From positions 124,001 to 188,000 of IMG/VR virus record IMGVR_UViG_3300021440_000013: DNA of 64,000 bases. One strand, 5' to 3'. Positions 1 through 10,390 of this stretch are shown piece by piece; position 1 is the first letter of the stretch, and each line of letters begins with the position of its first letter. Position numbers and translations under genes: made by a program. The notes under the pieces are model-generated. The model saw only the letters and a list, made by a program, of their open reading frames with translations, did not search any database and was not told the DNA's origin.

Positions 1-2022
1 TCTACAGACCGTCCCGTCTTTCACGTTAGAGAAATCATTCAGATGCGTAAGGACGAAGTGGTGTCCTTGCCACTTGTTCATTCTGTCGTCTTTGATGACG
101 GGGAAACACTCACGAACGTACTTCAAAATGAAACGATCTATTCCTGGTTGTTCTGGAAGATCTTCCGTGTGTATAAAAACACACGCATTTTACCGAAGCA
201 CCATGTCGCAAGTGTGCTTAAAGGCAATGCGCTTAACACGGACACGCACGCGAAACTTTGCAGTGCAATCCTTAAATCCATCGTAGCGGACGAGAACCTT
301 TTCTATCCGCAGCAAAAGGAGCCCGTCCTTAAACTGATCTATAAAACCATCAGTGACGCGATGAGTGAACTCTCGCTCTTAAGTGAAGCTAACGTCACAT
401 CGATCGATATCCTGGATTTCATCCAGGCGGCGCACCACCCGACCGTCACGCAGCTCAAGGATCAGGCACACCAGGATCATCGCGCGATCAAGTATGCATA
501 TGAGGAGACCGTCAAACTCATCCGCACGTCGAAGGATTTTGAGGAAAATGGTCTGGCTAAAGCCGTTAAAGCTGAAATGGTCAAGACCAATCAGGTTGTG
601 CAGTGCGTGGTCTTCCGGGGCTTTGGTAGTGATGTGGATGGTGCAATCTATTCTGAACCGGTCTGGGGGAACTATACCTTCGGGAATACGCGCTTTTATG
701 ACTTCGTAGTGGATTCTCGAACGGCTGCAAAGAGTCACTTCTATTCTGACACGGCGCTTAAAGACTCCGAATACATGGCGCGTAAGTTTAGGTTGTTTGC
801 CACGGTGCTTGAACGTATTAACTACACTGACTGCGGCTCAACCGACCACGTTCTATGGGAAGTCAAAGGAGAACAGCGCGATAGCTCTGGTACGGTGCTT
901 TATCCGGGTGATCTGCCTTTCCTGATTGGCAAGAACTACCTTGATGAATCAACCGGCGGCTATCTCTCAATCGAAGGAGATGAGCGGCACCTCATCGGAA
1001 AGAAGATCAAGTTCCGTTCACTACTTCACTGCAAAGAGCCGGATCCTAAAGCAGTGTGTCATATGTGCGCGGGTCGTCTCTCCGAGAACATCTCGCGCTT
1101 TGCCAACCTAGGCCATCTGGGTAGTGTAACGACCACCAAGGAGATTACCCAAAACCTTCTCTCGATCAAGCACGTCAACACCAGTAGCACGCTGATCAAG
1201 ATCTTGATGGGTGAACATGAACGCAAATACCTTAACACCGGCACCGCAGGCACCGCAATCTATCTGAATGAGCCTCTAAAGATGCTCAGGCCTAAGCTGG
1301 TGGTCTTGCGTGATGAGGCCACAGGCCTTATTGCGCTTAACAACGTGGAGGATCTAGAACAGATTACGCTCTCCCGTATCTCACAGGTGACGGTCGTTAA
1401 ACTTATCGTTGAGGCGCACGGCGTTATCCAGGACACGACACTCACGGTCGAGCAAAAGAGCAAACCGGCTATGATGTCGGGCGATCTGATCCGTTACTTG
1501 AAACTTAAGTCATGGACCATCGACGAGCAGAACAACTTCATGATCGATATGTCGGGTTGGGATTACCGTCTACCGGTCTTCGTTATGCAGAATAGGGAGG
1601 AGAGCTACGTTGACTTGGCCAATCAAGTCAACGTGATGGTCCAGTCTAGCCAGAAGAACCTGCAAAAGCGTCAAGCCAAAGCCGCCGCCACACTCCTCTT
1701 GCAAGAGCTCTTTGATCTAGTGAACTCGAAGCTGCGCGTTAATATCCTGTCTTTTGAAATCATCATCTATGCTTTGATGGTGGAGTCAAAGAGCAGCTAT
1801 GCGCTTGCACGCGGTGCCATGGACCCGGTGTTGGGTGTGTCAGAATTGTTGACAAAATACCGATCTCTTGGAGCAGCGATGGCTTTTGAAGACCAAGCTG
1901 AGACGATCACGGACCCGGCGAACTTCTACCAAGGACGCCGACCCGATAGTCCGCTCGATGTGTTCTTTGCACCCAACGAGGTTGTGAGGGCCTATCGAAA
2001 CAAACACTTTACGGTAAACTAA
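1..2022 (+). CDS. Non-virion RNA polymerase beta' subunit, C-terminal part (phiKZ gp74-like); 5'-truncated by window edge
   Basis: Frame is open from base 1. beta' Zn-site motifs DCGS...HCKEPDPKAVCHMCAG and TQNLLSIKH (trigger-loop region). Immediately upstream of an SF2 helicase, as in phiKZ-like phages. Confidence 0.8.
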   Translation, partial: STDRPVFHVREIIQMRKDEVVSLPLVHSVVFDDGETLTNVLQNETIYSWLFWKIFRVYKNTRILPKHHVASVLKGNALNTDTHAKLCSAILKSIVADENLFYPQQKEPVLKLIYKTISDAMSELSLLSEANVTSIDILDFIQAAHHPTVTQLKDQAHQDHRAIKYAYEETVKLIRTSKDFEENGLAKAVKAEMVKTNQVVQCVVFRGFGSDVDGAIYSEPVWGNYTFGNTRFYDFVVDSRTAAKSHFYSDTALKDSEYMARKFRLFATVLERINYTDCGSTDHVLWEVKGEQRDSSGTVLYPGDLPFLIGKNYLDESTGGYLSIEGDERHLIGKKIKFRSLLHCKEPDPKAVCHMCAGRLSENISRFANLGHLGSVTTTKEITQNLLSIKHVNTSSTLIKILMGEHERKYLNTGTAGTAIYLNEPLKMLRPKLVVLRDEATGLIALNNVEDLEQITLSRISQVTVVKLIVEAHGVIQDTTLTVEQKSKPAMMSGDLIRYLKLKSWTIDEQNNFMIDMSGWDYRLPVFVMQNREESYVDLANQVNVMVQSSQKNLQKRQAKAAATLLLQELFDLVNSKLRVNILSFEIIIYALMVESKSSYALARGAMDPVLGVSELLTKYRSLGAAMAFEDQAETITDPANFYQGRRPDSPLDVFFAPNEVVRAYRNKHFTVN

Positions 2023-2036
2023 CACTAACACATCCG

Positions 2037-2069
2037 TAGGTAGGTGGGGCTCAAAACCCCACCTACCTA
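2037..2069. terminator. Intergenic 13-bp hairpin (no U-tract)
   Basis: TAGGTAGGTGGGG-ctcaaaa-CCCCACCTACCTA. Confidence 0.55.
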
Positions 2070-2121
2070 GTCTAAATGAGCTGTGGGTGTGTTTAGTTTT
2101 TCTATCTGTTCGAGTATAAAG

Positions 2122-4434
2122 ATGCCTAAAACCACCATCCACGTCTATACCCATCACCTTGTCGTAAGGGATCCGTCTCAACGAATCCGAGATGCGCTTT
2201 ATGCGCTAGCGAATAAGTACACCCAGTTTTCAATGGAATGGGACCGCTATCTGAGGCAACAGGTCTGGCGTCCCGTAAAGACCTTTGGTGTCTATGTGAA
2301 CCCAGGCGACGAGTTTCGTTTCCATATTGGCCAGCTAGAACCCCTTTTTAGGGAGCTCAAGGGCTTTCACGTAGATCCGAGTGGGTATGACGTCGTCTAT
2401 CATCCTGAGCCCGCGTGTGCCGCTGTAGAGCTTCCTGTAAAGAAAGGTTGGGTACTTCGCCGCGAACAGATCGCTGCTAAAGAATTCATCGTGAACAACA
2501 CGGAACCCGGCCATAATCACCCGATCCTGATGATCCGCACCGGGGGTGGTAAAGCACAGCCGCTCGATGCGCTCATTAAAATACCCGGCGGCTGGACGAC
2601 GATGCGTGACATTCAACCCGGTACCGTGATCACCGCGTGGGACGGCACCCCTACTAAAGTCAATGGCGTGTTCCCCCAGGGTAACACACGTGTCTATAAA
2701 GTCAAGTTTGAAGATACGCGAGAAACCAAGAGCGATGAGCAACATCTTTGGAAGATCTATAGATCCGCGACGACTCAGGATTTTGAGGTCCTTGAGACCT
2801 ACAAAATCCTTGAACTCTTAAAAAGCGGCGAAGTCTATACGGACTTACCTCAGAGCGAAAAGGGCGGTGATGTAGAACTCACGATGGATCCGTTCGAATA
2901 CGGAAAACATCTTGCAGAGACACTTAACCAAGCCACATACTACGAGATCAAACCTTATCTAAACGCCTCACATCGTCAAAGGGTAAGTTTCTTGCGTGGT
3001 CTTATTCATAAAGGCAGCGTTTCACATCAGGACGGCGTAATCTACAAAGACATCAAGGAGGTTCGTCTTTTTAATATCGTTCGGTTAGTGGTGCGTTCAC
3101 TAGGCGGTAAGACAACCAGTGTGGAGATGGACGGGTTTTATTACACCGGCATCATCCTACCTAAGCCCTTCGAGGTGTTTTCCTTCCTACCACCAAAAAC
3201 CTACAGGCTGCGCTTAAAGTTAACGAAACTTGAATACGCAGGGATCGAACAGACGCAGTGTATCGCGATTGATCACCCGAGTCATCTTTATGTCACGGAT
3301 CAATTCATCGTCACGCACAACACCGTCACGGCGCTTGTAACGGCGTCCGAACTCGGTAAGCGCCTTGCGATCGTGGTCTTGGCGATGTATATCGACAAAT
3401 GGGTCGGTGACTTGAAAAACGTCTACGACATCGATGACTCTGAGATCGGGATCATCAAGGGCGGAAACATCCTTCAGCGCACCACCCTTTACCCAAACTC
3501 AGGTAAACAGATCCCCAAGGTGTTTGTGATTTCGATCCCAACGCTTAATGCGTGGTATCGGATCTATGAGGACGATCCAACGAACCCCATACTTGACGCG
3601 TATGAGTGTAAGCCCTATGAGCTCTTTGAACATCTAGGGATCGGTACGGTGATCTTTGACGAAGTTCACCAACACCCTCACCCCGTCTTCAAAGTCTACA
3701 CCTATCTTAATGTCCAAAAGACCATCAATCTTTCAGCCACACTGCTAACGAAGGAGCCAACACTTCGAAAAGTTCAGTCGATGATGTTTCCTTATTCGAT
3801 GCGTTTTGACAAAGTCGAAGCCCCGCAGTACATTGAATGTCAGGCGTGTTCATACCAGATCCACGGCTTTAACCACAGCGGGATTCAGTTCATGATGAAA
3901 GCTCGCCAGAGCTATTCGCATGTCGAGTTTGAAAAGAGCATCCTCAAGCACAAAAAGCTCAGACCGCAGTATCTTGAGATGATCCTCTCGCTTTTTGAAG
4001 AAGCTTATCTTGATGATTATCTACGCGGTGATAAAGCCCTCATCTTTGTCTCAACGATCAAGATGGCGCGGGTTCTTGAAGACTTGATGAGAAAGAAGTA
4101 CAAGAAATATAAAGTCATGACCTATGTGGAAGGCGAGCCACTTGAAAACGCAACCGAATCAGACATCTGTATTTCAACCATGATCTCGGCAGGCACAGCG
4201 ATCGATATCCCTAAGTTAAGAGTTTCGATCATGACGATCTCGGTCGATAGCCCCATCTCAAACGTACAGGCACTGGGTCGGCTCCGCCAGCTCAATGATC
4301 GTGATACCCGCTTTTATTACTTTTACTGCACCAACATCCCCAAGCAGGTGGATTATCATCGAAACAAACTCGAGCTCTTTAAAGACCGTGTAAAAAGCCA
4401 CAGCGTGCGTTTGTTTAGCACACTGTATGCATAA
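2122..4434 (+). CDS. SF2 (DExH) helicase, intein-containing (phiKZ gp75-like)
   Basis: Walker A RTGGGK|T is split by an intein. Other motifs: IFDEVH, LSATL, AGTAIDIP, QALGRLR. Start taken at ATG 2122 (MPKTT). Confidence 0.9.
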   Translation: MPKTTIHVYTHHLVVRDPSQRIRDALYALANKYTQFSMEWDRYLRQQVWRPVKTFGVYVNPGDEFRFHIGQLEPLFRELKGFHVDPSGYDVVYHPEPACAAVELPVKKGWVLRREQIAAKEFIVNNTEPGHNHPILMIRTGGGKAQPLDALIKIPGGWTTMRDIQPGTVITAWDGTPTKVNGVFPQGNTRVYKVKFEDTRETKSDEQHLWKIYRSATTQDFEVLETYKILELLKSGEVYTDLPQSEKGGDVELTMDPFEYGKHLAETLNQATYYEIKPYLNASHRQRVSFLRGLIHKGSVSHQDGVIYKDIKEVRLFNIVRLVVRSLGGKTTSVEMDGFYYTGIILPKPFEVFSFLPPKTYRLRLKLTKLEYAGIEQTQCIAIDHPSHLYVTDQFIVTHNTVTALVTASELGKRLAIVVLAMYIDKWVGDLKNVYDIDDSEIGIIKGGNILQRTTLYPNSGKQIPKVFVISIPTLNAWYRIYEDDPTNPILDAYECKPYELFEHLGIGTVIFDEVHQHPHPVFKVYTYLNVQKTINLSATLLTKEPTLRKVQSMMFPYSMRFDKVEAPQYIECQACSYQIHGFNHSGIQFMMKARQSYSHVEFEKSILKHKKLRPQYLEMILSLFEEAYLDDYLRGDKALIFVSTIKMARVLEDLMRKKYKKYKVMTYVEGEPLENATESDICISTMISAGTAIDIPKLRVSIMTISVDSPISNVQALGRLRQLNDRDTRFYYFYCTNIPKQVDYHRNKLELFKDRVKSHSVRLFSTLYA
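2554..3321 (+). mobile_element. Class 3 (WCT-motif) intein, 256 aa, with degenerate LAGLIDADG endonuclease remnant
   Basis: Begins AQPLDALIKIPGGW and ends HLYVTDQFIVTHN|T. Block B SDEQHLW, block F QTQCIAID. Removal restores GGGKT. Confidence 0.9.
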
Positions 4435-4442
4435 GCCCATTA

Positions 4443-4481
4443 AGAGGAGAGGGTTAAACCCTCTCCTCTATTTTTCTTTTT
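4443..4481 (+). terminator. Rho-independent terminator
   Basis: AGAGGAGAGGGT-taa-ACCCTCTCCTCT followed by T-rich tract. Confidence 0.8.
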
Positions 4482-4530
4482 AAGATCGAGTGACATAACA
4501 GACATCGCTCCGTCACGAAGAGGAATAGAC

Positions 4531-4866
4531 ATGGATCGCCTGCAACCAAATGTTTTATCGTACATACTCATGATGCTTTTTGCGTTTTCAGCACTGGCAC
4601 TCCTGTTAGTTAGTACCTACCTCAACCGCGCCATTCTCAACATGCGCGCTGTTTTTATCGTGGAGATTGGGTCGCTCTTTATTTTCTCGGAAGTGCTGGT
4701 GCTTTACATCTACGTCCTGGGTAAGACAATCGGATACTGGTTTTATAAACTAACATATACTGCCAACCAATCTATTGACACCGGGGCATTTCTAGCAGAC
4801 CTCATTGTGGTTTTCCTTGGGTTCTTGCTCTTTGCCATTTCTTATTTCTTCTTTATTAAGGCTTAG
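4531..4866 (+). CDS. Hypothetical membrane protein (~3 TM)
   Basis: SD GAGGA upstream; three long hydrophobic segments. Confidence 0.7.
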   Translation: MDRLQPNVLSYILMMLFAFSALALLLVSTYLNRAILNMRAVFIVEIGSLFIFSEVLVLYIYVLGKTIGYWFYKLTYTANQSIDTGAFLADLIVVFLGFLLFAISYFFFIKA

Positions 4867-4873
4867 TGTATTC

Positions 4874-5191
4874 ATGCTCTATAGGCTTAACCGTGACCAT
4901 ATCGACATTTTTCTGGGTCTGTATATAAGAGCCACGCTCTTGGTATTTGTTTTTCTACTCATTCTTCAGATCAGTCAGCTCGTGGAGAAGTTTTGGCAGA
5001 GTTTTTTCTTACTGCTTCTAACAGGCTCGCTGGTACTCCAACTGGGCTTTGTGGCGTATGTCGAAATCGGTATAAAGGCCCTCAGAAAGAAAAAGATTTC
5101 CTATCTGGAACTCTCTATCATGGCGGGTTTAACTGTAGTCATGCTTTTTTTAACGCTGCTTTTACTGTACTATAATCAAAAAAGGATTTAA
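4874..5191 (+). CDS. Hypothetical membrane protein (~3 TM)
   Basis: Hydrophobic segments; start at ATG 4874 just after the previous stop. Confidence 0.65.
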   Translation: MLYRLNRDHIDIFLGLYIRATLLVFVFLLILQISQLVEKFWQSFFLLLLTGSLVLQLGFVAYVEIGIKALRKKKISYLELSIMAGLTVVMLFLTLLLLYYNQKRI

Positions 5192-5197
5192 TGCATC

Positions 5198-6544
5198 ATG
5201 GCCATCGCTAAGAGAAAACCAGAGAGTCAGCCTCCCGCCAAACTTAATCTTGCTGAAGTCAAAGAAGAAACGTATCTTGGCATCGTTAACGACAACGATT
5301 CGATCGCCACGACGTCACTGCTGGCCTATATCGAGGGGATGCCGTGGTCCGTTCAGTATTACGCCCAGTTAATCGGCAAACACAACGATCTACGTGAACT
5401 CGATGCGCATCAAGACGCATCGTTTCAACAGTATCAAAAGATCAAAGATCTTGAACTCCGTGTTGATTCGGCTTTGCAAACAAGCTACGACAACACCAAC
5501 GCACTGACTTCGGTGACCGGTAGTGCTAACGTTACCAGCTTTATCCCCAACGTCAACGATTACTTTATCGCTGAAGCGGGTTCAGCCAACACGGCGCTAT
5601 TTCGCGTAACGAGCTCTGAGCGAAAAGTCTTTAATCGCCAAAGCGTCTATTTGATCAATTACACGCTGGTGCGTTACGTCACAAATGAAGACGACGCCTA
5701 CAAGAACCTTGAAGCCAAGACGGTTCGGACATATCATTTCAGTAAAGACCGTTTGGTTGATGGTCTTTCTCCGATCCTCAGGGAAGATCAACATGCCCTA
5801 GGTCGTGAAATCTCACTCCTATACAGAAGCCTGGTTAAGTATTACTTCAAGACCTTTTTTAATCGCTCCTATAAGACTTTGGTTATACCGAGTCAGTCGT
5901 ATTCGATCTATGATCCACTTTTGGTGGATTTTCTTAGACAGATCATGGATACGATGGATGCTGATGAAATACGCGATATCACTTACGCGCCGATCGACCA
6001 AGACCGTTTTATTAAAGACGGCTCTCTTTGGCGAGCCTTGCTTGAGCGCGATCACACCGCTTTGAGTTACGTGGCACATAAGGCAGTGGTGGTGAGTAAA
6101 GATTACTTTAATGGTTCAAGTTGGCTTAAGAGTGCCGCTTACTGGCCACTTGACTACTTTGTCTTTCCTCGCGCAAACGATCGAGCCAGGATCCCCGGAG
6201 ATCCAAATGCGCCCACCGCCAGCATGGTTGAGCTCGCTGGGGATAAAGTCTTCACTGATCTGAAAGAACTTACCCTCTCTCGGCCCGATGGTGCCATCGC
6301 CCTAATACACCCTGTTCTGGTCGATGATTACTACCTTCTTTCAAAGTGGTTTTATACCGAAGTGGGTCAGGCCTCCGCGCTTGAAATCTTGCTGCGTGAC
6401 TACCTTAAAGGAAGCACCTCCGATCTAGGCCTACTTCACCAGCTTGTAGTACGCTACCACACCTGGCCACTCCTTGAGCAATTTTATTATGGACCCCTTC
6501 TTTTTTTATTGATGAAGGATAGTGTGCGCGGGTTTTATCGATAG
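5198..6544 (+). CDS. Putative virion structural protein (phiKZ-like conserved)
   Basis: 448-aa ORF in a structural-gene context; family assignment is from recollection only. Confidence 0.55.
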   Translation: MAIAKRKPESQPPAKLNLAEVKEETYLGIVNDNDSIATTSLLAYIEGMPWSVQYYAQLIGKHNDLRELDAHQDASFQQYQKIKDLELRVDSALQTSYDNTNALTSVTGSANVTSFIPNVNDYFIAEAGSANTALFRVTSSERKVFNRQSVYLINYTLVRYVTNEDDAYKNLEAKTVRTYHFSKDRLVDGLSPILREDQHALGREISLLYRSLVKYYFKTFFNRSYKTLVIPSQSYSIYDPLLVDFLRQIMDTMDADEIRDITYAPIDQDRFIKDGSLWRALLERDHTALSYVAHKAVVVSKDYFNGSSWLKSAAYWPLDYFVFPRANDRARIPGDPNAPTASMVELAGDKVFTDLKELTLSRPDGAIALIHPVLVDDYYLLSKWFYTEVGQASALEILLRDYLKGSTSDLGLLHQLVVRYHTWPLLEQFYYGPLLFLLMKDSVRGFYR

Positions 6545-6552
6545 GTTATACT

Positions 6553-6585
6553 ACAGCCTGTGCCTTAGTAGCACAGGCTGTTTTT
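6553..6585 (+). terminator. Rho-independent terminator
   Basis: ACAGCCTGTGC...GCACAGGCTGT followed by TTTT. Confidence 0.75.
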
Positions 6586-6598
6586 ATTGGAGTTTACA

Positions 6599-7225
6599 AT
6601 GAAGCCTGCTGTTAATGATTTGTTTGACCGTTATTTTCTAGTTCAAATGAACTACCTAAACTCACGCTCAGTCGATCAGCTGCGTCGCTTTGGTCAACGT
6701 ATCTCGGGTGTCGCTGAAATCGATCGCACGCTGGATAGACAAGAGATTGTCACGGAACTCTCAGTTAATGCGATGTTTGAAAAGTTTCGTTCTGGTGTCA
6801 CCATTAAGCTCGTTCGGTATAGTGATGCCGCTGAAGTCTACCGGATCATTCACGCGCATTTGATTAAGTGGGCGGAGTATATCACATCAGGCATTAACGT
6901 TGGAAGTGCTCCATTAACAGACCTTGTAGAACTGGATCGTTTTGCTTCGGTCGTTTACGACAAAGCCGTCAACGTCTTTAGTGAACAGGAACGCACCAGC
7001 GCGCTGGCTGGAACCTTTAACCGTGTTCAAACTATCAACTTCAATAACATCTTGACGCGCGCACGTAAAACCGACTACCACACGGTCGAGACGACTCCAA
7101 ATGGTGTTGAAGTTATGCGCGTTAAAGAGCTCGAGGGACCTAAGCTCGTTGAACGCACCAGTTTCAAGGAGCTTTTCTCAAGCCGTATTAGCGACCTGAA
7201 GGGTTGGAGGGGTGATGATGAGTAA
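6599..7225 (+). CDS. Hypothetical phage protein
   Basis: SD GGAG then ATG 6599; long ORF. Confidence 0.7.
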   Translation: MKPAVNDLFDRYFLVQMNYLNSRSVDQLRRFGQRISGVAEIDRTLDRQEIVTELSVNAMFEKFRSGVTIKLVRYSDAAEVYRIIHAHLIKWAEYITSGINVGSAPLTDLVELDRFASVVYDKAVNVFSEQERTSALAGTFNRVQTINFNNILTRARKTDYHTVETTPNGVEVMRVKELEGPKLVERTSFKELFSSRISDLKGWRGDDE

Positions 7226-8633
7226 AGAAAACGGGAGTTTTGAATCAAGCCCTATGTGGGCTGATGTCAAAGACATCTTAGAGAAATCAGGCACCAAGAC
7301 CGTTTATGACTACAAGGGTGTTTTACACACCGAGAAAGAAGATCTCGCTGTCTGGGATATGAACTCCATCGAACTCTTACGGGATTACCTTAACGATATC
7401 GGTGAAGCGGCACGCGTGACCTTCAAAGTCGGTCTGGGTGATTACGTTAAGCGCATCTACCCCTATCGACACAACCTAGAGTTCTCGATCAAACGAACTC
7501 CGCTCAAAGAAGCGGGTTCGGGTAAAGAAAAGAATAAGAACGTCTTAACGACACGCTACAAGGCGATCTTCGATACATCGAAAAACCCTCAAGTCGGAGC
7601 CAGTGAGCTTGAAACACACGATCACCACTCTTTAAACACCGCCGATATCGCCGAAGTCTATCTTGAGCTTGTAGATCGCTCACTCGAACCCCTGCGAATA
7701 AAGACCGTCGGTGGCGTCTTTCAGAACGTTAAGATGGAAGATGCGATTCGTGCACTTCTTGGTGCAGAATCGGAAAAGGTCTTGGTCGACGGAAAACCCT
7801 CGATCGATGGCGTCGATTTGGTTCCTCCGGATAATAAAGAAATCGTCTCCCACATCGTCATCCCACATGGCACCAAGGTCGCGATGGTTCCGACGATCTT
7901 ACAAAATCAAGTCGGCGGTGTGTATAGCCGAGGTTTAGGGACGTATTTTCAAACCTATAATGGAAAGAAGCTGTGGTTTGTTTATCCGACGTATGACACC
8001 GAACGCTTCAATCAAAAGGGGCGGAAGATCGTTTTTTATGCAGTGCCCCAGGAGCGCTTTCCTCACCTAGATCGAACATGGCATCAAGATGGTGATTTGA
8101 TTAAAGTCTTAGTGACCGCGCAGCGTAAGTATTCCGATAGCGCGGAGCTTGCGATGATGAACGAAGGTTCAGGTTACCGCATGGCTGACGCAAAGGCGTT
8201 CATGAAAAAGCCCGTGGAGTTAACTGAGACAGGTCCACAAGCAAACCGAGCTAAGCTTAATCACGAAGTTGTAATTAAACAACGCGCCGATGGTCTTAAC
8301 TATGCACCAGTGAGTCAAGACGGTCCAAGCAGCAACGCCTTTTTACAACGTTCAAAGGTACTGGCACGAAGCTTAGCGCAGCTGGATTTTGTCTGGGAGA
8401 ACTCGGACCCTAACCTCATTTTCCCTGGCATGCCGTGTAAGTACAACTACCTCTCACAAGGTAAGGTCGTTTCTTTAAAAGGAACGATCCTTTTCGTGCA
8501 TAGTTTTTCAGCACGGGTTGAGAAATACGAAGCCAGCGCCTACCGAGTGATCACACGAATCACAATTGCTTGCGAAGCGCAAACTAAAGTGCCAGATCTA
8601 CCTAAACAAGGAGCAGTCGGTGAAAATCAGTAG
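7212..8633 (+). CDS. Putative baseplate/virion structural protein
   Basis: 473-aa ORF with SD GGAGG. C-terminal WENSDPNLIFPGMPC segment is reminiscent of baseplate-hub-type proteins (inference). Confidence 0.5.
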   Translation: MMMSKENGSFESSPMWADVKDILEKSGTKTVYDYKGVLHTEKEDLAVWDMNSIELLRDYLNDIGEAARVTFKVGLGDYVKRIYPYRHNLEFSIKRTPLKEAGSGKEKNKNVLTTRYKAIFDTSKNPQVGASELETHDHHSLNTADIAEVYLELVDRSLEPLRIKTVGGVFQNVKMEDAIRALLGAESEKVLVDGKPSIDGVDLVPPDNKEIVSHIVIPHGTKVAMVPTILQNQVGGVYSRGLGTYFQTYNGKKLWFVYPTYDTERFNQKGRKIVFYAVPQERFPHLDRTWHQDGDLIKVLVTAQRKYSDSAELAMMNEGSGYRMADAKAFMKKPVELTETGPQANRAKLNHEVVIKQRADGLNYAPVSQDGPSSNAFLQRSKVLARSLAQLDFVWENSDPNLIFPGMPCKYNYLSQGKVVSLKGTILFVHSFSARVEKYEASAYRVITRITIACEAQTKVPDLPKQGAVGENQ

Positions 8634-8946
8634 AATAAGAAAAGCGGTAGCGTGGGTACGGTCTTTTTTCACTCGAAAAATGGTGGTGACTGGACAAGGT
8701 TTTACCACCGACGACAAAAGTATCCCGACTGAGGTTAACCTTAGAGAGCTTAAAGCGCCCACTAAAACAAAGCGTGACAATACGGCGCATCTAATCCGAT
8801 ACCGTTTAAAAGATCTTGATAACTTCGTTATGGTGGGCCTAAAGAGAAAACAAGATCGAGTGGTCTATCAGCTATATCACCCCGAATTACAAAAGACGAT
8901 TTATTTAGATAAAGCGCTCTTTGATCTACTCTTTAAATCCCAGTAG
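8620..8946 (+). CDS. Hypothetical basic protein
   Basis: SD AAGGAG then GTG 8620. Confidence 0.6.
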   Translation: MKISRIRKAVAWVRSFFTRKMVVTGQGFTTDDKSIPTEVNLRELKAPTKTKRDNTAHLIRYRLKDLDNFVMVGLKRKQDRVVYQLYHPELQKTIYLDKALFDLLFKSQ

Positions 8947-8959
8947 GAGGTATTCCAGT

Positions 8960-10390
8960 ATGTATGAGCTTGAAGAAACACATGACTACGCGCCCGAGGG
9001 TACCGTCGACGGTATGGTGGTTGAAAATGAAAACGTTTTAATTTTGCAAGACAGGGATTTTGAAGACGCCGACATCGATAAACTCGGTGAGTATATCGAA
9101 GAGTCCTTTAAAGATCTCGACACCCTCACGAAACTCAACAGCGTTGTCAAGGAAGCGATCGCTGAGCCCGTTAAAGCCACTCAGTGGCTCCTTAATCACG
9201 CCCAGGAGACGCGTATCCAGATGGCTCGGCACTATGGTGGCTCGGTGGCCATGGAGTCGTTCTACACGCCTTCTACGGTTGTGTTTGCGCTAGAAGAGGA
9301 AGAGAAAAAAGAAGTCGGAATCATTGGTCGGATTGTTGACAGTATCGTCAGAGCCTTTAAGTGGCTCTGGAAGAAGATCACTGGCGTATTTTCCAGCAAA
9401 GACCCTGAGAAAGAAGAAGCCAAGCTCGATGAGGCCGTGGCAAGTTCCGAGAAAGCCGAAGAAGCCGGCGTAAAGCCCGCTGAGGTTGATCAGATCGCTG
9501 AGGCTTCGTCAGACAAGAAAGAGGTGGTCGCTGAGAATAAAGAGACGATGAAAAAGCGGGAACCTCAGATCAAAAAGTTCAGTGCGCTTCTTGGCAGAAT
9601 CGATCCGCCCATGTCAGCAGCTAAGCTCATCACCTACTACAAAAAGCTTCAGGACGAAACCCAGAAGCTCGAAGCGATGGTTACGGCAACCGTTAGCGCA
9701 TATAACCTCTTTGAGAAAACCGCCTCTCAGCTCACTAAAGAGAACCTCAAAGACGCTATACCGGTCTTTGTTAATACCATCCCCGAGATGCTCATGGCGG
9801 GTGCTTCACGCTTTGAAGGTATTAACGGAACCATCGCTTCGCCGTACTTTAACCACGTTGACGCAGAGTCAATCGCTAAAGCGTATCGGCTCGAGCAGCT
9901 CTCATGGGGCAAGGATCTTTGTGTCGCACAGGTCAGTAAGGACGGCGGAACCGTTGTGCTGATCTCCTATATGGCACTCAGCAAGTACGAACCTAAGGAT
10001 GTTTCTAAAGTCAACATCCTTTCTTCAACGGAACAAAAAGATCTGAGTGCTGCAATCAAGGCGTTTGGTAAAAAGATGGCGGCGCTTAACGAAACGATTG
10101 CTAAAGTCGCTGCTGTGGCTAAGGATCCCAATGGTCTTACAAGGATGGTGAAGGTTTTTGATACGCTTGAGGTGGGTGATGAAGCGCTAAGAAAACAGAT
10201 TAAAGAAGGTGTCTCTGGCGTGGCGTCTCGTCTACTTTCAATCGTGAAGACGCTGGCTAATGCAGGGAACGAACTTAACAGCGTGCATAAGCTGGGCTTA
10301 GAGTGGGTAAAGGAGTGTTCCAGCATCCTCAATGAACTTGCACGTAACGCTAACAAAGCGACAAAAGAAGCCGAGAAGGAGTCTGAGTGA
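8960..10390 (+). CDS. Internal head (inner-body-type) protein, paralog 1
   Basis: Acidic N-terminal propeptide with AME/ALE protease-type sites, then the IVRAFKWLWKKITGVF helix typical of phiKZ-like head protein families. SD AGGAGG. Confidence 0.7.
   Translation: MYELEETHDYAPEGTVDGMVVENENVLILQDRDFEDADIDKLGEYIEESFKDLDTLTKLNSVVKEAIAEPVKATQWLLNHAQETRIQMARHYGGSVAMESFYTPSTVVFALEEEEKKEVGIIGRIVDSIVRAFKWLWKKITGVFSSKDPEKEEAKLDEAVASSEKAEEAGVKPAEVDQIAEASSDKKEVVAENKETMKKREPQIKKFSALLGRIDPPMSAAKLITYYKKLQDETQKLEAMVTATVSAYNLFEKTASQLTKENLKDAIPVFVNTIPEMLMAGASRFEGINGTIASPYFNHVDAESIAKAYRLEQLSWGKDLCVAQVSKDGGTVVLISYMALSKYEPKDVSKVNILSSTEQKDLSAAIKAFGKKMAALNETIAKVAAVAKDPNGLTRMVKVFDTLEVGDEALRKQIKEGVSGVASRLLSIVKTLANAGNELNSVHKLGLEWVKECSSILNELARNANKATKEAEKESE

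Noticed and set aside
2881-3120. Active homing endonuclease in the intein
   Set aside because: LAGLIDADG motifs lack the catalytic acidic residues and the region is shortened.
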